Assembly (NCBI GenBank): GCA_963799775.1
Contig: CAWCYD010000003.1
Location: 1,760,001 to 1,824,000, forward strand
Direction: 5' to 3'
Source of the DNA: an uncultured archaeon
GTDB lineage: Archaea; Thermoproteota; Nitrososphaeria; Nitrososphaerales; Gagatemarchaeaceae
DNA length: 64,000 nucleotides
Shown: positions 40,240 to 50,360 of the stretch, in pieces
Layout: each line of letters opens with the position of its first letter
Numbering within the stretch: position 1 is the stretch's first letter
The notes under the pieces: generated by a model
What the model was told of the DNA's origin: nothing
Database searches by the model: none
What the model saw: the letters and a program-made list of their open reading frames with translations, nothing else
Position numbers and translations under genes: made by a program

Positions 40240-40610
40240 AATAGTGGTTCCAGTGGAAACAAAGGGGTCCAATCAGGCCTTGTTTGTGTGAACGAGGATG
40301 GAGCCAGCTCGTTTGCTATGTCTCGCCATCGTGAGTCCTGGTTGGCAGTCGGGTTCACACGTGATTCACATTCGAGAGGGACCCGTGGGTTTCCAGTGGA
40401 GAAAGAGATCGAGCGTGGGAAGGCGCTCGTTTGACTAGCCGCGCAGTAATTGTCGTTCTTACTAGTCAATCGATGAAATTAATCGGCAAACCGAACCAAG
40501 AGCGAGCATCTTCTTCGCTAAGATAAGACACAACAAGCATCTTCTTCTTGGCTTGCAGTGGAAACGGAGGGGCCTACCGGTTTAATTAAACCAATATTTC
40601 CACTGATGCG
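40240..40610. promoter_or_regulatory. Replication origin (oriC) with ORB elements
   Basis: GTTCCAGTGGAAACAAAGGGG (40247), TTTCCAGTGGAGA (40390), TTGCAGTGGAAACGGAGGGG (40553), inverted TTTCCACTG (~40598), upstream of cdc6. Confidence 0.88.
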
Positions 40611-40612
40611 TC

Positions 40613-41806
40613 GTGCCGGACTCGATCGACGAAATCTTCCAGAGAGCTAAACAAGGCCGCGCCCTCTTCAAGAACCGAGAGGCCCTCTCGACCGAGTTCG
40701 TGCCAGAGAAGCTTCCTTTCCGGGAGAACCAAATCAGACAGATAGCCCAAATCTTGGCGCCCGCTCTGCACGGCTCAAAGCCCTCCAACCTCCTCTTGTA
40801 CGGGAAGACAGGCACGGGGAAGACAGCTGTCGCCAGACTTGTCGTGGACAAACTACAGGCCCAGGATACGTCCAAGCAGATCGTGACCTGCTACATCAAC
40901 ACCAGGATCGCGAGCACGGAGTACAGGACCCTTTCAAAGATAGCCGAGTCCCTCCCCCTCTCTCCGGACAAGAAGATACCTGGGACGGGCCTCTCTATCG
41001 GCACCGTCCTGGACAGAATCTTCACTACAATCAAGGAAAACAAGGCCCACCTCATCATAGTCCTCGACGAGATAGACTACCTCGTCAACACGTACGGGGA
41101 CGACGTCCTCTATCAGCTTACACGGGCAGGAGAGCAGGTGGAACCCGGCTTCTTCACCATAGTGGGAATCTCGAACGACCTGACGTTCAAGGACGACCTC
41201 GACCCCCGCGTCCTCAGCAGCATGGGCGAAGAGGAGCTGGTCTTCCCGCCTTACACCACTGACGAGCTCCGCACAATTCTGGCCGACCGCGCCAGGATAG
41301 CCTTCAGGCCAGGGGTCGTGCCCGACGCGGTCCTCAATCTTTGCGCTGCCATGGCGGGCTCTGAACACGGAGACGCGAGGCGCGCAGTCGACCTCCTGCG
41401 CGTGGCCGGCGAGATCGCGGAGCGCGAAGGCATACTCGAGGTCACGGAGGAATGCATCCGCAAGGCCTCAGAGAGGGTCGAGAGCAACAGGGTCGAGGAC
41501 GCGCTCCGTTCCTTGCCCATCCAGAACAAGCTCATCCTCCTCACCGCCTCAAGGTTCCTGCACGGGACGAACACAGGCGACCTCTACATGGCCTACGAGG
41601 GCCTCGCCCGACGAGCCGGCGTCGACGCTCTGACTCAGAGAAGGGTCAGCGGCATCCTCGCCGAGCTAGACCTGCTGGGCCTGCTCGACGCCGCGGTCGT
41701 CAGCAAAGGGAGGAGAGGAAGGACCAAGAGGATCCGGCTTGTCATACAGAACGAGACCCTCAACAAGGTCATGGCGGAAGACTCGCAGCTCCTAGGCCTG
41801 CTCTGA
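40613..41806 (+). CDS. cdc6: Orc1/Cdc6 replication initiator
   Basis: GKTGTGKT, IIVLDEID, GDARRA, C-terminal wHTH. Confidence 0.96.
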   Translation: MPDSIDEIFQRAKQGRALFKNREALSTEFVPEKLPFRENQIRQIAQILAPALHGSKPSNLLLYGKTGTGKTAVARLVVDKLQAQDTSKQIVTCYINTRIASTEYRTLSKIAESLPLSPDKKIPGTGLSIGTVLDRIFTTIKENKAHLIIVLDEIDYLVNTYGDDVLYQLTRAGEQVEPGFFTIVGISNDLTFKDDLDPRVLSSMGEEELVFPPYTTDELRTILADRARIAFRPGVVPDAVLNLCAAMAGSEHGDARRAVDLLRVAGEIAEREGILEVTEECIRKASERVESNRVEDALRSLPIQNKLILLTASRFLHGTNTGDLYMAYEGLARRAGVDALTQRRVSGILAELDLLGLLDAAVVSKGRRGRTKRIRLVIQNETLNKVMAEDSQLLGLL

Positions 41807-43277
41807 GGCCCCGAACCCACTTCGAGTGAAGTTCCGCTTCAGGACGCTCAGGTTCGACAGGTCAACGATGGGCACGATCGAAGAGATGGGGTCCAACCCC
41901 ATGTTCATCTGGAACGGCGTCTGGCCCTGAAACGTGCCCGAGTTCACGATGAGCGTCCCCCGGTAACTGGCGACGTCCAGGGTGTGCACATGGCCTGCGT
42001 GGAAGACGTCGGGAACCGGGTCGATAACGAGCATGTCCCTGAGCTCCGGAGAGAGCGCAGTTCTCTTCCCGTACGTCGGAGCCAGATGCCTCGCCTTGAG
42101 CAGCACTTCCATCGCCTCTGCAGGCCTGTCATAGGTAAGGTTGGGCACGGTCGCTATCACATCGTCCAGACTCCTTCCGTGGTAAATCAAGAAATTGACG
42201 CCGTCCAACTTGACGTTCGCAGGCCCGCCCAAATGGACCGCGTTCTCCAGCTCGTACAGAGGCCCTGCGACATCGAGCGCGACCGCAGGCTGCGGGAGGG
42301 CCTGCCTCACCGGGTCGTGGTTCCCCGGCACAATCACAATCTTCATGTGCTTCGGAATCCGCCGCAGGAACTCTTTCGCGAGCGCGTACTGGCTCCTGAC
42401 GTTCCTCTCCGACAACTGCATCTCTTGACCCGGATAGACGCCGACGCCGTCTACCAGGTCGCCCGCGATTATCACGTATCTTATCCGCTCGACGATGTCT
42501 AGGTTCCCCGAAGCTCCCGTTGAGCCACGCCAAGAACCGGCTGAAATCTTCCGCCAAGAACAGCTTGCTCCCTATGTGAAGGTCGGAGAGCAACACCGCG
42601 TAGACCCTCCTTGAGGACCCCGACATCTTCCTCGAAGGGATGTCCGGCAGCAACAGGCTCTTGGCGTAAAGCTGGCCCGTCTTCCCATGCGACACGCTAG
42701 CCACGACGAGGCTGTCGAAGGGGAGTGCTAGCGCCGACGCCGCGACATCCTCTCCGCAATGCAACGTCGCGCTCCCCGTAGGGTCGTCCAGGACCAACTC
42801 GACCCCGCCACCCTTCTTACTCCTCCTCGAGGACACCAGACCCGCAATCTTGTACTCTTTGCCCCCGTTGGTCTTGCCCGACTCTATGGAACTCACGTTC
42901 TTCGAATCAGGCCTCTGTCTGGCTATCTCCAAGAGGTGAGAATACCTGTTCTGGAAGAGTCTCTTGAAACCCTCCTCTGCCTCCGTGGGCTTGATGGCGC
43001 CTGTCGGGTCGCTCACCACGACCAGTTCGGCTGGGAGGTCTTTGCTGTCCACGGATGACAGGCGGATGCCTTCTTTCTTGAAGACGAATTGGTCGATGTC
43101 CGACCTCAAAATCGTCCTGTCCTCTCTTGCAGAAGCCTTCTTCTCGATGACGGATTTCAGGATAGGTTGCACGTCCCCGCTTGCCGAGAGCTCTGACAGA
43201 AAAGAGAAGGCGTCCGGGTCTATCTGGTATCCCTCAGAAAGCGCCCTGGAAACTGCCAGAGCCATCTCTTCGGTCAT
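41792..43277 (-). CDS. polB: DNA polymerase D small subunit DP1 (frameshift near 42500)
   Basis: SDLHIGS, AGDLVDG, PGNHD, YHG, HAGHVH. Confidence 0.93.
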
Positions 43278-43284
43278 TTCTGAA

Positions 43285-44650
43285 TCAGCGCGTGCTCGTC
43301 AAGGGCCTTCCCAACCTCTCGACTAGCGTCTTTGCGCCCTCGACCAACTCTGCGAGCCTCAACTCATCCTTCGCCTCGCAATAGATTCTCATCTTCGGCT
43401 CGGTGCCAGAGGGCCTGAACATCACCCACGACTTGTCCCTGAAGATGACCTTCAGACCGTCGAGCGTCCGCTTCTCCATGATCCTGTACTTGCCGAAGTA
43501 TTCGTCGACATGCTCTGCTATCCTGGCTAGGTCGACTAATACCGGCATGTTGACCTGCCTGTATAGCCACTCAAGCTCTCCCGTGATGGACCTTCTGCAA
43601 GTCAGGCCTCTTGCCGATGACATCCACTATGAGGGCCGCTCCGTATATCCCGTCCTCCCACATACCCCACTCCGGGTCCACAATCTTCGTAGGCTCCGTG
43701 GCCATGACGGCTTTTTCCCGCTCGATCTCCGCAAACGTCTTCCCGATTTTCGCGCGGACCACCCGCAGTCCCATCCGAATCGCAGTCTCCTCGACAGCAA
43801 ATGACGAGTTCTCGGAGATGACGACGGCGCCCGAGCTTTTGCCGATACCCTCGAGGGCAAGGACGGACGTCATGTAGTCTGGAAGGACGCGTCCAGCGGA
43901 GTTAATCAACACCAACCTGTCCCCGTCCCCGTCGTGCGCAAGGCCCAAATCGGCTTCTACTCCGCCGACGAAAGCCGCCGTCTCTGAAAGAGTGGCTGCG
44001 GTGGGCTCAGGATTCCTCGCAGAGAACCGCCACGACACCTGCGTGTTCAAGGAGAGGACCGTGTTCCCTAGCGCCGTCAAGACCCGCGGGGTCACCAAGG
44101 CTGCTGGACCTGCAGCGCAATCGACCACGAGTCGCAGGGGAGTCTCTGTCTTCGAGAACCTCGAGCTTATCGCGCGCGCGTAGAGGCTGATTATCTCCCT
44201 CGACCATATCGACCCAGAGGTCGCGGAGCTCTTGTTCGAGTCCACCACCATCCCCCGCTCGATCCGTCCCTCCTCTTCCCGCGACAACTCCATCCCCCTC
44301 TTGTTGTAGACCTTGACACCCGAGAACTCCGGAGGGTTGTGCGAGGCGGTCGAAGCGAAGCCCAACTCGCAGCCGTTTTCACGCGTGCCGAACGCAACCA
44401 CTGGCGTCGGCACCAATCCCAGTTGTATGGCCTCGCTACCGCAACCGGCGATCGAGGCAGATATTACGCGCGCAATGACCATCGAACTCTTCCTCCCATC
44501 CCAACCCACAGCATACTTTCCTTTGCCGAAGACGAAGGCTGACGACTCGACCAGCGCGTGGACCTGCTCGAGAGACTGGGTGGAGTTGAACACCCCTCTT
44601 ACGCCAGCAGTGCCGAAAACGCCCAAATCGGTCCGAGAATCCGAGCTCAC
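43285..44650 (-). CDS. Phosphomannomutase/phosphoglucosamine mutase (frameshift near 43580)
   Basis: FGTAGVRG, TASHNP, DGDGDR, RPSGTEP. Confidence 0.92.
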
Positions 44651-44817
44651 TCCCCCATATTTAATTTAGAGGAGCCAACTGCGCGAAGAGACCCCTCCCA
44701 AACGCCGTCAGAAAACCAAGTGAAACCACGTTTTCACATGAACCTCCTCAGCATTCCATGGCCGCAGATTAATAGCGACGTGAGTTCGTGGGTTGGGCAA
44801 GAGCCGAAGGCCGAAAA

Positions 44818-45612
44818 ATGGAATTCGTCGAACCCCAGGTGTTCCTCATAGCCGAGTCCAAGGTCGACTTTGACCAAGTGGACGCGATGCTCGAGCAGGT
44901 CGGCGGGGACACCGCCACGAAATGGTTCGCGAGGACGAAGGAAGCCTCAAAGGCCCAGGGAGAGCTGCTCACAGAGGTGGCCGGAAGGATCTGCTACAAG
45001 AGCTTCGGGGTGGGCCTCAACCCCAACGTCACCAAGATAAGGGAGAGCTCGCGGGATTACATCGACAACACACTGTCAAAGGGCGACGGCTCAATCTTCG
45101 AGCACGCCTCGTGCACGTTCGCCTTCCTGAACGTCAGCAGAATCATGACGCACGAGCTGGTCAGGCACAGGGTCGGCATCGCCATCAGCCAAGAGTCGAT
45201 GAGGTACGTCAGGCCCACCGGGATACGCTTCTGGCTCCCACCCGACCTCCAGGACAAGAAGAAGGAGATCAAGACCATAGTCGAGCACATCGAGCAGGAC
45301 TACCACGACCTTGAGGCCTCCTACGGATGGGACAAGATGAACTTCGACGCGAAGAAGAAGATCACGTCGGCGCTCCGCAGGATAATGCCCGACGGGATGG
45401 CGACATCAATCATCTGGACCGCGAACCACAGGACCATCCGTCACGTCATCACGATGAGGACCGCGGAGGCCGCCGAGGTCGAGATAAGGTTCGTCTTCGA
45501 CAAGGTCGCGAGGATAATGAAGGAGAAGTTCCCGCTCATCTACCAAGATTTCGAGTACAAGGAGCTAGACGACAAGACCAGGTCCTGGCGACCCAGGTAC
45601 GTGAAGGCCTGA
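44818..45612 (+). CDS. thyX: Flavin-dependent thymidylate synthase
   Basis: AGRICY, SIFEH, HELVRHR..SQESMRY. Confidence 0.95.
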   Translation: MEFVEPQVFLIAESKVDFDQVDAMLEQVGGDTATKWFARTKEASKAQGELLTEVAGRICYKSFGVGLNPNVTKIRESSRDYIDNTLSKGDGSIFEHASCTFAFLNVSRIMTHELVRHRVGIAISQESMRYVRPTGIRFWLPPDLQDKKKEIKTIVEHIEQDYHDLEASYGWDKMNFDAKKKITSALRRIMPDGMATSIIWTANHRTIRHVITMRTAEAAEVEIRFVFDKVARIMKEKFPLIYQDFEYKELDDKTRSWRPRYVKA

Positions 45613-45613
45613 G

Positions 45614-45792
45614 CGCCGGGGGTGGGATTTCCACCCATGGAGGAACTTCTCGGTCCTCCTCCACGCGATTTGAACCCACATGACCGTTAGGTCACGGGCT
45701 GTCAAGTCGGATGATCTCGAGATGCGGATTCGCCCACTCTCGCAAGAGCGGAGGGAATTGCCCGCGCGTTAACCAGACTCCGCCACCCCGGC
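45614..45792 (-). tRNA. tRNA-Ser(CGA) with three BHB introns (31/32, 37/38, 59/60)
   Basis: Removing 45722-45759, 45701-45715 and 45628-45668 gives a cloverleaf with long variable arm and G73. Confidence 0.9.
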
Positions 45793-45830
45793 GGCGCTCG
45801 TTGGGCCTGGAACCCAATATAGGTTTGAGG

Positions 45831-46193
45831 TTACTCTGTCTTGAACGACTCGCCACAGCCGCACGTAGAAACGGCGTTCGGGTTCTTCACCACGAAACCT
45901 CCACCCATGAGCTTGTCCGTTTGGAAGTCGATTACAGATCCGGCGATGAAAGGCATGCTGGACTTGTCCACGATGAGCTTCGCGCCGTGCTCCACTATGA
46001 CGTAGTCGTCCTCTCCCGACTTTTCTTCCGGGACCATCCCATATGAGAGGCCCGAGCAGCCGCCTGCGGAGACGAAGACCCTCAGGCCTGCCATGGGCTT
46101 GCCCTGCTTCGCCAGGTATACCTTCAACTCTGACGCGGCGTTCTCCGTGATGTCAACCACGGGCTTAATCGACTTTGTAGCCTCGGCCGACAT
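45831..46193 (-). CDS. iscA: A-type Fe-S carrier IscA/HesB
   Basis: GGCSGLSY, NPNAVSTCGCGESF. Confidence 0.93.
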   Translation of the reverse strand: MSAEATKSIKPVVDITENAASELKVYLAKQGKPMAGLRVFVSAGGCSGLSYGMVPEEKSGEDDYVIVEHGAKLIVDKSSMPFIAGSVIDFQTDKLMGGGFVVKNPNAVSTCGCGESFKTE

Positions 46194-46251
46194 TTCTTAC
46201 CAAGAATTCAGGTGCCGAGCCCCTATAAAAAGGGCCATGGTCGACTCCTTT

Positions 46252-46737
46252 TCAGATTTTCGCGAGCGCCGCCATTATATCGCCATAAAGCGGCTCGTCT
46301 CCCGGGGCGTCCGTGACCCATCTATACCTGAGGATGCCCTTGCCGTCTATGACGAACGCCGCCCGCTTCGCGACTCCCTTATACCCGTGAGCCACCCACG
46401 TGTCGTGGAGTACCCCATATGCTCTCGAGACCTTCTTGTTAAAGTCGCTTAGGAGCGGGAACTGGAGGTTGTAGGTCTGCGCGAAGACCCTGAGCGTGAA
46501 CAGGCTGTCCACGCTTATCCCCACCGTCTGCGCGTTGAGCGAGTTCATCTTCGCAGCGTCGTCCCTGAAGACGCACATCTCCTTGTCGCACACGCCGGAG
46601 AACGCGAACGGGAAGAAGAGCAGCACCGTCTTGCCCTTCTGCGTGAACTCCGAGAGCTTCCTCTCCTTCTTCTCAGTGTCTGGAAGAGAGAACTCTGGCA
46701 CCCGCTGGCCTATCCTGATTACCAAGTTCAGCACCAA
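46252..46737 (-). CDS. Peroxiredoxin (AhpE/BCP type)
   Basis: FFPFAFSGVCDKEMC, LLSDF. Confidence 0.9.
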   Translation of the reverse strand: MVLNLVIRIGQRVPEFSLPDTEKKERKLSEFTQKGKTVLLFFPFAFSGVCDKEMCVFRDDAAKMNSLNAQTVGISVDSLFTLRVFAQTYNLQFPLLSDFNKKVSRAYGVLHDTWVAHGYKGVAKRAAFVIDGKGILRYRWVTDAPGDEPLYGDIMAALAKI

Positions 46738-46754
46738 CCAAGTGATTTAGTAAT

Positions 46755-47096
46755 TTAAGCTCTCTGGGTCGGTTCGAGCCTCCGAAGGAGCTCCACGTAC
46801 TTCGTCATGAGGGAGACCAACTCGTCCAGCCTCCCCCAATCGCTCTCCTTCTCAAAGAGGGACATGGACTCTTTGAGCTTCACCAGAAGCACGTTCTTGA
46901 GGTCCTCCGCGACATCCGGAAAGAGCAGCTCTTTGGCCTGGAGCGCTGCCGAGAGGTCCTCATGGTTCGTGCAGTACACCCTCCCCATATAGCGAAGCTG
47001 AACTCCGTTGCACACAGGACAGGGCTCCTTGATCATCACTGCGCCTTTTCTCATCAGTTCGACAGTGATCTTCGTCTTCGCAGCCGAGGTGCTCAA
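46755..47096 (-). CDS. UPF0148/autoantigen p27-like Zn-finger protein
   Basis: GAVMIKEPCPVC...VYC. Confidence 0.75.
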   Translation of the reverse strand: MSTSAAKTKITVELMRKGAVMIKEPCPVCNGVQLRYMGRVYCTNHEDLSAALQAKELLFPDVAEDLKNVLLVKLKESMSLFEKESDWGRLDELVSLMTKYVELLRRLEPTQRA

Positions 47097-47225
47097 CGAG
47101 ATTAAACCTCGAATCCTACCGATGTTTCAGTGAATATAAACATCGAAACCAATCTTGGGAATCATATCCCCGCTTTAAATACGAGATTCCGGTCGAAACC
47201 ACCAGGACGGTGGCGCACTACGAAC

Positions 47226-48125
47226 GTGGACTCGAAGCCTAAGAAGCTCGGCTGGGGAGCTTTAGCCGTAGCGGTGATTGTGGGTTCGCTCTTGGTCTAC
47301 GAGCTGGCGGTCTATGCAGGCGTAATCTCCAGCCCCATAATCGTCGGGACCAACACAGTGACCACAACAGTGTACACCTCCACGACTTCGGTCGTGACCG
47401 CCACCGCGCCCTACTTCACAGAGACGAACACCCAGTTCAACCAACCCGTGATCACCCTGACGACTACAGGCTCGACGAACGTCTCCACCGTCTTCACCAC
47501 CGTGACGACCACACCGACGACGACAACCACAACGACGATTACGGCATCAAGCACTCTACTGACGCCCTTCGCGATGTATTACACAGGCTACACTAGCGGC
47601 GGATATGGGACAGGTCATTTCTTCCGGTCATCGTCTCCCATCGTCGCCACATACGGCGACGCCACACTGGGAGAGGCCTACATCGGGACAGCCCTTAACA
47701 TGTCTGTAACCCAAACGACGAGCAATGGCTACGACCTCGGGTTCTACTACGTGGTCGGCACGCTCGGGACTCTGATGGCGGGAAACGGCCTGACAATAAC
47801 CGGCACGGGCTTCACCGTCAACCTTTGGTTGAACCCGGGCTCTTGGGGGTGGATCCCTAGTAGCGTGGGTGAGCAGTATACCGGGGTGGGGAGCAACGGG
47901 GCCTACGGCCTCGGCTCTGCCAGAGGCACCCAGACGATAAACGGGGCCACGACCTTCTCTAGCTTCGACGGAGCCTGTTCGAGCACATTCACTGTGACGC
48001 AACTAGCGTCAGGAGCTTGCGCTGGGATGAGCGCAAGCACGCCGGTCGCAGTCTGGGTCGGCATAGGGCCCCTCTCGAGTGCCGGGACGACAACCGCGAC
48101 CGTAGACTCAATCTACATCAGTTGA
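47226..48125 (+). CDS. Membrane-anchored Thr-rich secreted protein
   Basis: N-terminal TM, long Thr tract, Gly/Tyr-rich domain. Confidence 0.8.
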   Translation: MDSKPKKLGWGALAVAVIVGSLLVYELAVYAGVISSPIIVGTNTVTTTVYTSTTSVVTATAPYFTETNTQFNQPVITLTTTGSTNVSTVFTTVTTTPTTTTTTTITASSTLLTPFAMYYTGYTSGGYGTGHFFRSSSPIVATYGDATLGEAYIGTALNMSVTQTTSNGYDLGFYYVVGTLGTLMAGNGLTITGTGFTVNLWLNPGSWGWIPSSVGEQYTGVGSNGAYGLGSARGTQTINGATTFSSFDGACSSTFTVTQLASGACAGMSASTPVAVWVGIGPLSSAGTTTATVDSIYIS

Positions 48126-48235
48126 ACTCGCGTGCCTCGAAACGATTTCTTCTACAGGTCGTTCCAGTATAGAAAGCCAAATATGCAAGGGTGGAAGGCA
48201 CAGGGAACTCCGTCCTTATCCACCGGATCACAAAA

Positions 48236-48526
48236 ATGAGCGCCAAAGCAAACAGGGAGAAGAAACAACTGGAGAACGGCAACAAGCTAGCCAAAGCCAG
48301 CACGAGCCTTCTGCAGATAGCCGACTCGAACATCACGCCCCGCAACATAAGGAAGATCGTGAAGGACTCGATATTCGCGCTCCAGGACCAGAAGGTCAGC
48401 GTGGCCGTCAGGGCCGCCAACGCGATCAGCATGCTCGACGAGGTCGCGCATGACCCGAACATGTCCTCCTTTGCGAGGGTCATCCTGTGGTCCGCCGTCT
48501 CCGAGCTAGAGTCCATCCGCGAGTAG
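48236..48526 (+). CDS. UPF0147 family protein
   Basis: D...PRNIR...RAANAIS.LDE...DPNM...R...W..VS.LE. Confidence 0.88.
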   Translation: MSAKANREKKQLENGNKLAKASTSLLQIADSNITPRNIRKIVKDSIFALQDQKVSVAVRAANAISMLDEVAHDPNMSSFARVILWSAVSELESIRE

Positions 48527-48568
48527 CGCAAACATTTAACATCACAGATTCCATCCTGACGCTAGCGC

Positions 48569-48994
48569 TTGGCAACGTGCCCCAACTGCGGGACTTCGAT
48601 ACCGGCTCCTGCAAAACTCTTCACCGTCATAGTCGAGCCGAAGGAGGGCGAGCGCGGCCTCACCCAGAGGAAGGTGGGGATGTATAGCTGCGAGAAGTGC
48701 GGGACCAAGTTCCCGACCGTCGTCAGCAGGCAGCACTACCTCGTGGTGGCGGAGGACCAGCTCGGCCAGATTCAGACGGACATCAAGAGCCTGAAGAGGA
48801 CGAACCAGGACCTGGAGAAACGGATACAACACATGGACAAGGAGTACTCGGAGCTCCAGAAGAGGCTCGAGAGCAGCAAGAGGGACGCGGAGACGAGGGG
48901 CCTAGAGGCGAAGCTCGAGACCCTTGAGAAGCACGTCGCCTACCTCAGAAAAGAGAAGGGAGAGCTAGAGGAAAAGGCGACCAGGCTTCGCTAG
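48569..48994 (+). CDS. Cren7-like Zn-ribbon domain fused to coiled coil
   Basis: CPNCG..P.K....PK.G......VGMYSCEKCGTKF then heptad repeats. Confidence 0.65.
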   Translation: MATCPNCGTSIPAPAKLFTVIVEPKEGERGLTQRKVGMYSCEKCGTKFPTVVSRQHYLVVAEDQLGQIQTDIKSLKRTNQDLEKRIQHMDKEYSELQKRLESSKRDAETRGLEAKLETLEKHVAYLRKEKGELEEKATRLR

Positions 48995-48997
48995 AAG

Positions 48998-49252
48998 CTA
49001 GACCTGGTAACTTTCGGTGGCGGCTATCGGGCTGGAGTACGTCGCTATCTTCTCTTCCAGGACGGTCTTCTCCGTCTTCAAGGCCTCCACTTCGGTGGAG
49101 AGAGAAGTCGCATGCCTCTCGAGTTCCAAAGTCGTGAGTCTATCCTTCAGACTTGAGATCTCTGCCAGCAGCGTCGTCTGCTCAGATTCCAGCGAGCGAA
49201 TCCGCTCCTCTAGTTCTGCTCTGCGGTCTACGTATTCGGTGACTACTTCCAT
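48998..49252 (-). CDS. Small coiled-coil protein
   Basis: Continuous Leu heptads. Confidence 0.7.
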   Translation of the reverse strand: MEVVTEYVDRRAELEERIRSLESEQTTLLAEISSLKDRLTTLELERHATSLSTEVEALKTEKTVLEEKIATYSSPIAATESYQV

Positions 49253-49379
49253 AATCGTCGGTCACACAACCTCGTAATTCCTTTTCTCCGGCCGGACGAA
49301 AAACAGTTGATTTAATCGTGAAACCTATTCAATCGCCGGCCCGTCTGCCTTATCAAGCCCGCCCGGTCGGCCTGACACC

Positions 49380-49685
49380 ATGAAGGGGATCTGGGCGTGG
49401 CCCTCCGAGCCCAAGGAGCAGGACAAGGTCTTGCGGAAGATAGCGCAAGAAGACGAGCTCGTCCCCATACTCTTGGCGTTGGCGAAGACCCCGGAGGGGC
49501 TCTCCAACGCGAAAATCGACAAGCTCGTCTCGAACAACTCCCAGTGGAGGACGCTCTGGCACATGAGGGAGCTCATCGCGTTGGGGTTCGTGAAGTACGA
49601 CGTCCAGTTCTTCGGGAACCCTGGGGAGTACACGCTCACCGAGCTAGGGAAGACGGTGGTGTCGAAGCTGCAGACCCTGGCGTGA
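49380..49685 (+). CDS. Winged-helix protein
   Basis: ELIALGFV...YTLTELGK. Confidence 0.7.
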   Translation: MKGIWAWPSEPKEQDKVLRKIAQEDELVPILLALAKTPEGLSNAKIDKLVSNNSQWRTLWHMRELIALGFVKYDVQFFGNPGEYTLTELGKTVVSKLQTLA

Positions 49686-49689
49686 GCGC

Positions 49690-50239
49690 CTAGCTCTCGT
49701 TCCGCTTCTTCTTCGTTCGGAGCTGGGCGTCGACCCACTCGATGTTCGACTCGAGCATAGCCCTCGTCTCGCGCAGCATCGTCTCACGCTGAGGATGCGG
49801 GATCTGGGAGATTTTCTCCTGAAAGACATCGAAGACCTCTCTGCCCCGGTTCACGAACGCAGACGCCCACACGTCCGCGGGCAGGAGGTCGGCAAACAGA
49901 CGAATCATGACACGCTCCCTCTTCCCTGCCGAGGCCAGAGTCCTCTGCATCTCCTCGAGCTCCTGCTTCCCCTTCTTGGTGACGGAATACTTCACTGTGG
50001 TCCCAGCCGCCGACGGACCGGTCTTCTCCAAGAGGTTCCTCCTTGACAAGGCTTCTCAGCAAGGGATAGACTGTGCCTGGCCCCGGCCTCCAGGCGCCTT
50101 CCGTCTTATCCTCAATCATCTTCATGATGGAGTAACCGGTCTCATGGTGCTTCGAGAGCATAGAGAGGAGGTATAATCGAAGGATGCCCCGAGGGACGGC
50201 CTGCGGGTGAATCCAACGCTTTGCTCTGGGATCCTCCAC
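49690..50239 (-). CDS. PadR family regulator (frameshift near 50040)
   Basis: GYSIM...WRPGPGTVYPLL, KYSVTKKGK. Confidence 0.85.
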
Positions 50240-50360
50240 GTTAGAGCAAGGCAAGCGGTGGCTCTATTTAACGATTGAAATACGACATCGTAATATGATA
50301 GATACCAGTATCGTATTCGATATTCTTATAAAACCTCCAAAGGTGGCCTTGTGAACGCTC

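Noticed and set aside
34017-43277. Inteins in DP2, Cdc6 or DP1
   Set aside because: Normal lengths and no splice-junction or embedded endonuclease motifs
47490-47545. ACN-type tandem repeat
   Set aside because: Encodes the Thr linker of a surface protein
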